DNA of 62,260 nucleotides from a virus (Duplodnaviria; Caudoviricetes): IMG/VR virus record IMGVR_UViG_3300048801_000006, positions 1 to 62,260 of that record; one strand, 5' to 3'. Shown piece by piece: positions 1 to 7,778 of this stretch (position 1 is its first letter; each line of letters starts with the position of its first letter). The notes under the pieces were generated by a model. It saw only the letters and a program-made list of their open reading frames with translations, ran no database searches and was not told where the DNA came from. The position numbers and the translations under genes were made by a program.

Positions 1-330
1 AAGACGCACCGCTGGGTCGAGAGCATCGCGGCGAACGAGAAGGACCCGAGCAAGCCGGTCCAGCACTGTCATCCGGACGAGATCATCTCGCTGTCCTCGA
101 AGAACCCCAACCTGATGAAGCTGGTCGCGGAGCTGAGCCAAGCGACCTATCGGCAGAACGAGGTCGGCAAGCTGATCATCGACAAGAAGCCGAACGGCGT
201 GAAGAGCCCGAACATGGCGGACAGCGTCGTGATAGACTTCGCCCCGATGGGCGCGGAGCCGATAGAGATCACCCCGCAGTTCTTGGCGGAGTTGGCCGGA
301 GCTGGGATGGCACCGAGGAGGGCCTACTGA
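1..330 (+). CDS. terL: terminase large subunit, C-terminal fragment (5' truncated by the window)
   Basis: Frame is open from base 1 (KTHRWVES...EIISLSS...LVAELSQATY...KLIIDKKPNGVKSPNMADS); SPNxAD is the typical end of the TerL nuclease domain; lies upstream of the portal. Confidence 0.85.
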   Translation, partial: KTHRWVESIAANEKDPSKPVQHCHPDEIISLSSKNPNLMKLVAELSQATYRQNEVGKLIIDKKPNGVKSPNMADSVVIDFAPMGAEPIEITPQFLAELAGAGMAPRRAY

Positions 331-803
331 TGTCGAACGCAGACCTGATCGCCGCCGCCATCGTCGCGGCCTCCCGTGAAACAGGCGCGTGCCCGGTCCG
401 CGTGCTCACCGGGGGGAACGATGAGCAACTCGAGCCGCCGGTCTACGAGACCTCCCGGGCGCGCGCCTACGCCGCCGTGGCCATCCACGCTACACTGCCG
501 GAGTATGGCGTCGTTCAGATCGGCCGGATGCTCGGCTCCCGGTCCCCTGCGGTCTACCTCTCGGAGCTGAACAAGCGCCGGGCCAAGACGAAGTGGTGGC
601 GGGACGAGGTCCTCGATCGCGTCAAGGCGGCGATCAGGTCTCAGGAGGGCTATAGGAGCCGTGACGTTCGGCCGGCACCTACCCAGCGGGCCGCCGCGTT
701 GAGCCTGCCGAGGCCAGCGGCGTCAGCGGGAAAGCACGATCTATTGAGGGAGCTGCGGGACGCCGTCCGGAACACCGCCGCGCTCCCGCTCCCGGAGGAT
801 TGA
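330..803 (+). CDS. hypothetical DNA-binding protein, DnaA C-terminal-like HTH
   Basis: RARAYA...QIGRMLGSR resembles the DnaA domain IV helix-turn-helix pattern; start overlaps terL stop. Confidence 0.45.
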   Translation: MSNADLIAAAIVAASRETGACPVRVLTGGNDEQLEPPVYETSRARAYAAVAIHATLPEYGVVQIGRMLGSRSPAVYLSELNKRRAKTKWWRDEVLDRVKAAIRSQEGYRSRDVRPAPTQRAAALSLPRPAASAGKHDLLRELRDAVRNTAALPLPED

Positions 804-866
804 CGACCGGGCGGAACTGGCTACGCTGCCGCGCATTTCAACCACCCACCCACAGAGGAGATCGAG

Positions 867-1040
867 ATGGCCCGTCAGCCGAGGAACCCCTATCACCGGA
901 TCACCGAGGACCCGTCAGCATCGGTGGCTGAGACCGCCGCAGAGCAGACCGTGACCGAGCCCTCCAAGGAGCAGCTCGACGCCGACCGCGCCGATCATCC
1001 GGACACATCGACCGATCACTCGACTGACCCGGCAGCTTGA
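867..1040 (+). CDS. small acidic hypothetical protein (57 aa, MARQPRNPYH...)
   Basis: GAGGAG RBS at 855-860, ATG 867, TGA 1038-1040; below the ORF-track cutoff. Confidence 0.55.
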   Translation: MARQPRNPYHRITEDPSASVAETAAEQTVTEPSKEQLDADRADHPDTSTDHSTDPAA

Positions 1041-1050
1041 CGGACCCAGC

Positions 1051-1090
1051 CTTGAACTGTTCAAGTTCAAGACCAAGGTTCAAGTTCAAG
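1051..1090. repeat. TTCAAG hexamer cluster: CTTGAAC-T-GTTCAAG palindrome and two copies of GTTCAAGTTCAAG
   Basis: Read directly: palindrome 1051-1065, direct repeats 1059-1071 and 1078-1090, about 20 bp upstream of the portal ATG. Confidence 0.8.
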
Positions 1091-1109
1091 ATGATTCGGA
1101 GATCGCGCG

Positions 1110-4100
1110 ATGGGCTGGGGTGGACGGCGACCGGGCTCCGGCCCGAAGAAGAAAACCAACCCGCAGCGTGAGCGCGTGGTCGCGGAGACCAAGATGTCCC
1201 CGCGACCGAGCGCACCGGCAGAGCCGAAAGCCGACCCCGCCGCCGTCCCGGGCGTGGACGTGCGGGCGTGGGCCACCTTCCTCCCGGAGCTGGAGGAGCT
1301 GAGCCGCAAGTATGCGATCCAGCAGCCGCGCACCGCGGCGAACTGCCCGTTCAGGTTCCCTGACTTTCCGGAGGCTGCTGTCCCGAAGGACAAGAGCTTG
1401 ACGATGGCGATGGACAGCGGCTTGAGCAACGCCCTGACCTACAACGCCAACGCTTGGCTGCAAGGACCGGCGCTGGACGCCATGCCCGGAGAGGGCCTCC
1501 TGTTCCTCGGCTACACGTTCCTCGCGGAGCTGGCGCAGCGCCCGGAGTATCGGGTGATGAGCGAGACCATCGCGGACGACGCCACGCGGGAGTGGATCGA
1601 CTTCGACGTGGTCGGCGACGAGACCGAGCAGGAGGACGAGCGACGGAGGCAGGAGGCTGACCCGGCTGGCGAAGCGGAACGGCAGGCTGATCCGGATGAG
1701 CGGATGAAGCGGCTCGCGGCCAAGGGCAAGCTCGACAAGGTCAAGGCGCTCAAGGACGACCAGCTCCGGCTGAACGTCCGCGACCATTTCTACGAGATGT
1801 GCCGCAACGACGGCTTCTTCGGCCGCTCCCACCTGTACCTCGACATCTGGACGGGCGGAGTCGAGCCGAGCCCGGATGAGCTCAAGTCATCGATCGGCAG
1901 CGGTCGCGATCCGGCCAGCGTCACCAAGGTCACGAAGGACTCGTTCCGCGCGCTCCGGACGGTCGAGCCGGTCTGGACCTACCCGCTGATGTACAACGCC
2001 ATCGATCCGCTGCGCGCCGATTGGTACAACCCGCAGAGCTGGTACGTGATGGGCAAGGAGATTCACTGCTCTCGCCTTCAGACGTTCGTCGGCCATCCGG
2101 TCCCGGACATGCTCAAGCCGGCCTACGCGTTCGGCGGGCTCTCGCTCTCTCAGATGGCGAAGCCCTACGTCGATATCTGGCTCCAGACCCGGCAGTCGGT
2201 CGCGGACCTGATCAAGAGCTTCTCCGTCATGGTCCTGTCCACGGACTTCGGGACGACCACGCAGCCCGGAGCCGGCGGCTCCCTGCTGGCGCGCGTGGCG
2301 ATGTTCAACATGCTGCGGAACAACCAAGGCACGTTCGTCATCAACAAGAACACCGAGGACTTCAAGAACGTCACCGCGTCACTGAGTGGCCTGCACGAGC
2401 TGCAATCTCAGGCGCAGGAGCACATGGCGTCCGTGCACCGCATCCCGCTCGTCAAGTTCACCGGCATCCAGCCCGCAGGCCTGAACGCGTCGAGCGAGGG
2501 CGAGATCAAGACCTATGACGACACCATCGCGGCGTACCAGATGCGCTTCGAGGACCCGAACCTGCGCAAGATCGTCAACTTCCAGCAGCTCTCGCTGTGG
2601 GGAGAGATCGACCCGGAGATCACGTTGCGCTGGCAGCCGCTCCGCGAGATGACGCAGGCGGAGAAGGGCCAGAAGGAGAAGGACGACTCCGAGCGGCACC
2701 AGAAGTATGTCGATATGGGCGCGATCTCGCCGGCCGAGGTCCGCAAGACGATCATCGAGGACCCTGACCTGCCCTACACCGCGCTCGATCCGGAGGACGT
2801 CCCTGATCTCGCGTCTGAGGAGGAGGACGGCCTCGAGCCGGAGGGTGGCCGCCCCGATCCCAAAGCGGGAGGCGAGGAAGGCGGCGAGCCGCAGGGAGGC
2901 GGGGCTAACGATGCCGACCTCCCTTTTGGCGCGACTGACGCTGCGGAGTTCAAGGAGGATGAGCATCCTCGCGGGCCTGACGGCAAGTTCGGCTCCGGAG
3001 GCGGCGGCGCTGGGAAGGGCACTTCGATGCCCGACATCCCGGATTTCCTCAAGAAAAACAAAGGTGGGCCCGGCGGCGCTGAAAAGGGTCAAACGCTCAA
3101 GATGCCGCAGTTCGGCCTGACGCCGACGCCATACGCGAATCACCAGCCCGGCACCGGCTTCAAGCTGCCGCCGCGCAAGCCCATGCCGAAGTCGAGCGGT
3201 GAGCCCGGAGACGCCGGAAGCCTCGTCGCGTTCGGCAAGGACGCGCACGGGATCAAGGAGATCAACGGCGTCAAGTTCTCCGCGTGGGACCCGCCGAAGG
3301 ATTGGGCTGACGTCTCCGGTCAGGCGGAGATCAGCGAGCCGCCGATGCCGGAGCTGCCGAAGGGCATGATGATGTCCACCGGCTGCGTGGTCCGCGAGAA
3401 GGACGGGCGAGTGTGGCTCATGCGGCCCGCCGGCGGCTTCGGAGGCTATGACCAGACCTTCCCCAAGGGCGGGCTGGAAGAGGGCCTCTCCGGTCAGGCG
3501 AACGCCATCAAGGAGGTCTACGAGGAGACCGGGCTCAAGGTTAAGATCACGGGCTTCGCCGGAGACCATGAAGGCGACACTACCATCAGCCGCTTCTACT
3601 TCGCGGAGCGGGAGGGCGGTGATCCGGTGCACGCGGGCGGAGAGGCGGAGGGCGTGATCCTCGCGCCGCCGAGCGCGCTGCCCGGCCTCCTGAACCGGAA
3701 GCGGGACAAGCAGATCGCGGAGTCGCTCTCACCGGCCGCGCAGAAGGCGGACGCGCTCGACCCGGCCGACCTCAAGCAGATCGGCAAGAAGATGGGCACG
3801 AACGAGGGAGGCACCTTTGAGGACAAGGCCGGCAACAAGTTCTACATCAAGCGCCCGCAGACGAAGGCTCACGTCCAGAACGAACTGGCGGCAGCGCGCC
3901 TGTACCAGCTCGCGGGCGTCAACACGCTCAACTACCGTGAGGTCAAAGGCGGGAACCACGTCGCGACAGACTTGGAGAAGCTCGACAAGAAGAACGTCGC
4001 TGATCTGACGCCGGCCGAGCGGAAGGAGGCGACCAAGGACTTCGCCATCCACGCGTGGCTCGGAAACTACGACGCGGCCGGGACGGGCGGAGACAATCAG

Positions 4101-5921
4101 GGCGTCCTGAACGGCAAGGTGACGACGCTCGACGTCGGTGGCTCGCTCCGCTACCGCGCGCAGGGAGCGCCGAAAGGCTCCGGCTGGGGCCCGAAGGTCA
4201 AGGAAGTCGAGAGCATGCGCGGCAAGGACCCGAGCATCCATGCTCCGGACGCGGCCAAGCTGTTCGGCAAGATGAGCGAATCGGACCTCAAGGAATCCGC
4301 GGCGCGCGTCACGTCGATCCCGGACGCAGCCATCCGACAGGCCGTCGGCGAGGATACGGAGCTGGCCGAGACGCTGATCTCCCGAAAGGCGGACTTAGCT
4401 AAGCGGTTCGGCCTACAGGCCTCCGACAGCGTCCTCGCTGACGACGAGGCCGACTTCGAGGAGGGTAAGCACCCGCGCGGTCCGGACGGCAAGTTCGCCA
4501 CGGGCGCGGGCGGCGGAAGCGGGGTGCCGGATGAAGGCGTCCTCGCCAGCATCGCCACCCTGCTCAAGAAGCCAGCCATCGCGGGCTCGAACTACCGGAA
4601 GGCGCTGATCAAGGCTATCGCCGTCGCTCCTGCGGATGAGGCGGAGGTCCTCAAGGCCAAGCTCGCGGAGTCGTGGTCCAAGACCTACGTCAACGGGATT
4701 TCGAAGGGCAGCCTGAGCTTCAAGGAGGCGAGCAACCTCAAGAAGAAGATCGAGCAGCTCGGCGGCACGGTCCCGAAGATCAACATACCGTCGAAGCCGG
4801 ATACGCCGGAGGCCATCGAAGCCGCTATCGAAAAACTGCCGCTGGAGAAGCAAGAGGCGCTCAGTGGTGGCTGGAATCCAGAACTCGAGTCGTATGAGGA
4901 GTTCAAATCGAAGCAGGATAAGCACGCTGCGGTCATGGCAAAAGCCAAAGAGCAAGGTCTCACGGTCGCGCAAAGCCTGCCCGCACCTACGGAAGCTGAT
5001 CTGCAGAAGGCCAAGAAGAACGTCGCGCTGCAACTGCAATACGTTCCGGGCGCGAAGCCGGAGCTGCACGGCGGCGAGCCGATGAAGTTGGCCACAAATT
5101 TGATTCAGGAGTTTAACGCGAAGTGGGAGGGCAAGACTCCCGCGCCAGAGCAGCTCGCAGAGAAGGTCAACGAGTTCAAGTCGATGACCGCCAAGATCAA
5201 CGATCTCGCGGCGCAGGAGGGGGCGGAAAAGGCCAAGATACAGGCCGAAGCTAACGCTCACGCCGTGAAGGTCGCCAAGGCCGCTGCCGAGGAGGCGGTG
5301 AAGGAAAAGGCGGAGGCGGCTGAGAAGAACAAGGACGTCATCGCCGCGCTCGGCGTAACGGAGGAGCAGGCGACCGCGTTCAATCAGCTGTTGGAGTTGA
5401 TCGGAGGCGAGGGCGACATCACGAAGGTGGACCTGCTCAAGAAGTTCAAGAACTTCGAGAAGCAGGCGAAGGAGTTCAACTACCCGATCAGCGGCTTCGA
5501 GTACGCGCTGATCAGGAGCTACATCAACGGGACCTACAAGGCCGTGAACAAGGCGCTGCGAACGAAGTCACTGAGTCCGAAGCATACGCTGTATGTGAGC
5601 ATGATGAACAAGGCGATGGCGAAGATGCCGAAGTACACCGGGACGGTCGAGCGCGGGACGACGCTCTCTGCGGAGCAGATCGCGAACTACGTGCCCGGCC
5701 AGCTCGTCACCGAGCACGGCTTCACGTCCAGCGGGGTCAACTTCAAGTTCTCCGGCAACGTCACCTACAAGATCAAGGCGAACGGGATGCGCGGTGCTGA
5801 CTTCTCCAAGACCGCCAACCCCAACGAGCGCGAGGTCCTGTTCTTGGCGCATACGTCGTTCATGGTTCACAAGGTGACGAAGACCGGCAACGGCGCGCAT
5901 ATCGAGATGGAGGAGATGTGA
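1110..5921 (+). CDS. portal protein (DUF1073-type) fused to NUDIX hydrolase, PI3/4-kinase/HipA-like and ADP-ribosyltransferase domains (polyvalent protein)
   Basis: Portal motifs FLGY..LAELAQRPEYR, IHCSRL, YAFGGLSLSQ, IPLVKFTGIQPAGLNAS; NUDIX box variant GGLEEGLSGQANAIKEVYEETGL; kinase-like YIK..NELAA..AWLGNYD..DN..LDVGG; ART R-S-E motifs VERG, FTSS, ERE. Confidence 0.9.
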   Translation: MGWGGRRPGSGPKKKTNPQRERVVAETKMSPRPSAPAEPKADPAAVPGVDVRAWATFLPELEELSRKYAIQQPRTAANCPFRFPDFPEAAVPKDKSLTMAMDSGLSNALTYNANAWLQGPALDAMPGEGLLFLGYTFLAELAQRPEYRVMSETIADDATREWIDFDVVGDETEQEDERRRQEADPAGEAERQADPDERMKRLAAKGKLDKVKALKDDQLRLNVRDHFYEMCRNDGFFGRSHLYLDIWTGGVEPSPDELKSSIGSGRDPASVTKVTKDSFRALRTVEPVWTYPLMYNAIDPLRADWYNPQSWYVMGKEIHCSRLQTFVGHPVPDMLKPAYAFGGLSLSQMAKPYVDIWLQTRQSVADLIKSFSVMVLSTDFGTTTQPGAGGSLLARVAMFNMLRNNQGTFVINKNTEDFKNVTASLSGLHELQSQAQEHMASVHRIPLVKFTGIQPAGLNASSEGEIKTYDDTIAAYQMRFEDPNLRKIVNFQQLSLWGEIDPEITLRWQPLREMTQAEKGQKEKDDSERHQKYVDMGAISPAEVRKTIIEDPDLPYTALDPEDVPDLASEEEDGLEPEGGRPDPKAGGEEGGEPQGGGANDADLPFGATDAAEFKEDEHPRGPDGKFGSGGGGAGKGTSMPDIPDFLKKNKGGPGGAEKGQTLKMPQFGLTPTPYANHQPGTGFKLPPRKPMPKSSGEPGDAGSLVAFGKDAHGIKEINGVKFSAWDPPKDWADVSGQAEISEPPMPELPKGMMMSTGCVVREKDGRVWLMRPAGGFGGYDQTFPKGGLEEGLSGQANAIKEVYEETGLKVKITGFAGDHEGDTTISRFYFAEREGGDPVHAGGEAEGVILAPPSALPGLLNRKRDKQIAESLSPAAQKADALDPADLKQIGKKMGTNEGGTFEDKAGNKFYIKRPQTKAHVQNELAAARLYQLAGVNTLNYREVKGGNHVATDLEKLDKKNVADLTPAERKEATKDFAIHAWLGNYDAAGTGGDNQGVLNGKVTTLDVGGSLRYRAQGAPKGSGWGPKVKEVESMRGKDPSIHAPDAAKLFGKMSESDLKESAARVTSIPDAAIRQAVGEDTELAETLISRKADLAKRFGLQASDSVLADDEADFEEGKHPRGPDGKFATGAGGGSGVPDEGVLASIATLLKKPAIAGSNYRKALIKAIAVAPADEAEVLKAKLAESWSKTYVNGISKGSLSFKEASNLKKKIEQLGGTVPKINIPSKPDTPEAIEAAIEKLPLEKQEALSGGWNPELESYEEFKSKQDKHAAVMAKAKEQGLTVAQSLPAPTEADLQKAKKNVALQLQYVPGAKPELHGGEPMKLATNLIQEFNAKWEGKTPAPEQLAEKVNEFKSMTAKINDLAAQEGAEKAKIQAEANAHAVKVAKAAAEEAVKEKAEAAEKNKDVIAALGVTEEQATAFNQLLELIGGEGDITKVDLLKKFKNFEKQAKEFNYPISGFEYALIRSYINGTYKAVNKALRTKSLSPKHTLYVSMMNKAMAKMPKYTGTVERGTTLSAEQIANYVPGQLVTEHGFTSSGVNFKFSGNVTYKIKANGMRGADFSKTANPNEREVLFLAHTSFMVHKVTKTGNGAHIEMEEM

Positions 5922-6151
5922 TGAGGATCACCCGCGAGGAGAACGAGAGCTTCAACGATGATGGCGTCGGCATCGGCCAGCTCGATGACGGCAGCTTGGA
6001 CACCTTCCCGTTGAGCGAGTGGCCGAAGCGCAAGGCCATGAGGGATGCGACGGAGGCGGAGACGGAGAAGGCCTTCGCCAAGGTGTTCCCGGATGACCGC
6101 GATCCGACCGAGGTCGAGGACCTCGATGACGTCTCCGACTTGGATGACTGA
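5918..6151 (+). CDS. small acidic protein, candidate immunity protein/inhibitor of the upstream ART
   Basis: Overlaps the portal-ART stop codon; very Asp/Glu-rich; occupies the position of polymorphic-toxin immunity genes. Confidence 0.5.
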   Translation: MMRITREENESFNDDGVGIGQLDDGSLDTFPLSEWPKRKAMRDATEAETEKAFAKVFPDDRDPTEVEDLDDVSDLDD

Positions 6152-6948
6152 TGCGACTCGCGAAGGGTGACAAGGTCCTCCGCCCGGTCCATCCGAACGT
6201 CGGCATCGAGGCGGAGTATCGCCGGAAGGTCCGCGCGCTGGTCGATGAGATGGCCGCCTCCTACGAGCACTGGATCAAGGCGCAGTACCGCGCGACCCCG
6301 CCACGGCTGGCGATGGACGCCACCCCGGCGAAGGAGCTGGAGCGCGAGCTGTCCATGCTCGGCAAGCGATGGCAGAAGAAGATCGACGCGGCCGCGCCGA
6401 AGCTCGGTGACTGGTTCGCCCAGCGCGCGTCTCGCCGCTCCTCCTTGGCGCTCAAGAAGATACTGGCGGACGGCGGTCTGACCGTGAACCTGACGATCAC
6501 GCCGACCATGCGGGACGCCTATCAGGCGGTGGTCGCGGAGAACGTCGGCCTGATCAAGTCCATCGGTCAGCAGTATCACTCTCAGGTTCAGGGGCTCGTG
6601 ATGCGCTCCGTCGCGGCCGGCCACGACCTCGGGACCCTGACCAAGGAGCTGCGCGCGCGGTACGGCGTGAGCTACCGGCGCGCGGCGCTGATCGCGCGGG
6701 ATCAGAACCGGAAGGCGACCTCGGTGTTCGTCCGCGTCCGGCAGAAGGAGCTGGGCCTGACGGCGATCTGGCTGCACTCCCACGGCGGCAAGGAGCCGAG
6801 GCCGACGCACTTCAAGAACAGCGGCAAGACCTATGACCCGGCGAAGGGCTGGTTCGATCCGGACCCGAAGGTCAAGCGGTTCATCTGGCCCGGTGAGCTG
6901 ATCAACTGCCGGTGCGTCTCAACCTCGGTGGTCAAAGGATTCTCGTGA
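6151..6948 (+). CDS. phage head morphogenesis protein (MuF / SPP1 gp7 family)
   Basis: ENVGLIKSI, RAALIARDQ..K, W.HS....PRPTH, PGELINCRC signature; follows the portal. Confidence 0.9.
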   Translation: MRLAKGDKVLRPVHPNVGIEAEYRRKVRALVDEMAASYEHWIKAQYRATPPRLAMDATPAKELERELSMLGKRWQKKIDAAAPKLGDWFAQRASRRSSLALKKILADGGLTVNLTITPTMRDAYQAVVAENVGLIKSIGQQYHSQVQGLVMRSVAAGHDLGTLTKELRARYGVSYRRAALIARDQNRKATSVFVRVRQKELGLTAIWLHSHGGKEPRPTHFKNSGKTYDPAKGWFDPDPKVKRFIWPGELINCRCVSTSVVKGFS

Positions 6949-7319
6949 GCAGTGGCGGCTGCCATAAGAGGACGCTCCGGCGTCACGGCAAGCTCTGCGT
7001 CTACTGCGCGCGCGTCATGGACATCAACGTGCCGGCGCTCCGGCCGACCCGAGACCACGTCATCCCGAAGTCCCGCGGCGGACGCAAGATGGTCTGGTGC
7101 TGTTTCATCTGCAACGCGGTCAAGCGCGACATGAACGAGGACGCGTGGGCGATCTACCGCGCGGAGCATGACGAGTGGTGGGTGGCAGGAAGGCGCGCGC
7201 AGAAGGCGATGCGCTGGCGGCCGACCTATATCATCAAGGGCTACCGGCATGATTCGGGAGGTCCCGCGAATGATCAAGCTGACCTTCACGGCGATAGCCC
7301 TGCTGGCGGTGATCTGTGA
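6945..7319 (+). CDS. HNH endonuclease
   Basis: CVYC...TRDHVIPKSRGG...CCFICNAVK; GTG start overlaps the MuF stop. Confidence 0.85.
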   Translation: MSSGGCHKRTLRRHGKLCVYCARVMDINVPALRPTRDHVIPKSRGGRKMVWCCFICNAVKRDMNEDAWAIYRAEHDEWWVAGRRAQKAMRWRPTYIIKGYRHDSGGPANDQADLHGDSPAGGDL

Positions 7320-7475
7320 GATCATCGCCATAGAGCTGCCTCGGCTAGCCGAAGCCGAAGATGATCATCCAGATCAGGATGGACCCGCAGAAAAGGGTGA
7401 GGGCGACGACTTCGATCAGGGCTCTTGCCATTTGGTATCCTCCGGTTGGTGACGCCTGACCGTAGCGGGAGTCGG

Positions 7476-7491
7476 TTAACGGACCGTCAAC
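7476..7491 (+). promoter_or_regulatory. CtrA-like box TTAA-N7-TCAAC
   Basis: ttaa cggaccg tcaac, one mismatch to the TTAA-N7-TTAAC consensus, intergenic upstream of the head operon. Confidence 0.4.
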
Positions 7492-7537
7492 GCCGTGATA
7501 GTTGAGCGCGCGAGCCGCGCGTGTTACATCCGATTCC

Positions 7538-7777
7538 ATGACCGAAGTCCTTGCCGGCCGACTTCCCTGTCCGATAGCGGAGATGACCGCGTGGTCGTTC
7601 TGGTCTGACGCGCGCGCCTTGGACCTCCCGGATGACGACATCACCGCGTTGCAGACCGGCACCGCAGACCTGATCCAGCAGCAGCGCGGCGCGGTGGCGG
7701 CGCAGCAGGCTTCGTTTCGACTTATGGCGTGGTGGCCGCCCGGCATCGAGCCGACCCCGGACCCCAAGAGGAGCTGA
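7538..7777 (+). CDS. hypothetical protein
   Basis: ORF ending immediately before the DUF2213 gene; start uncertain. Confidence 0.45.
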   Translation: MTEVLAGRLPCPIAEMTAWSFWSDARALDLPDDDITALQTGTADLIQQQRGAVAAQQASFRLMAWWPPGIEPTPDPKRS

Positions 7778-7778
7778 C

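Noticed and set aside
1110-5921. Intein or intron as the explanation of the long portal
   Set aside because: No intein C/S...HN-C/S/T junctions or homing-nuclease motifs seen; the extra domains are C-terminal additions
7168-7452. Small ORFs on either strand between HNH and the head operon
   Set aside because: Both strands give short hydrophobic peptides; cannot decide which, if either, is real
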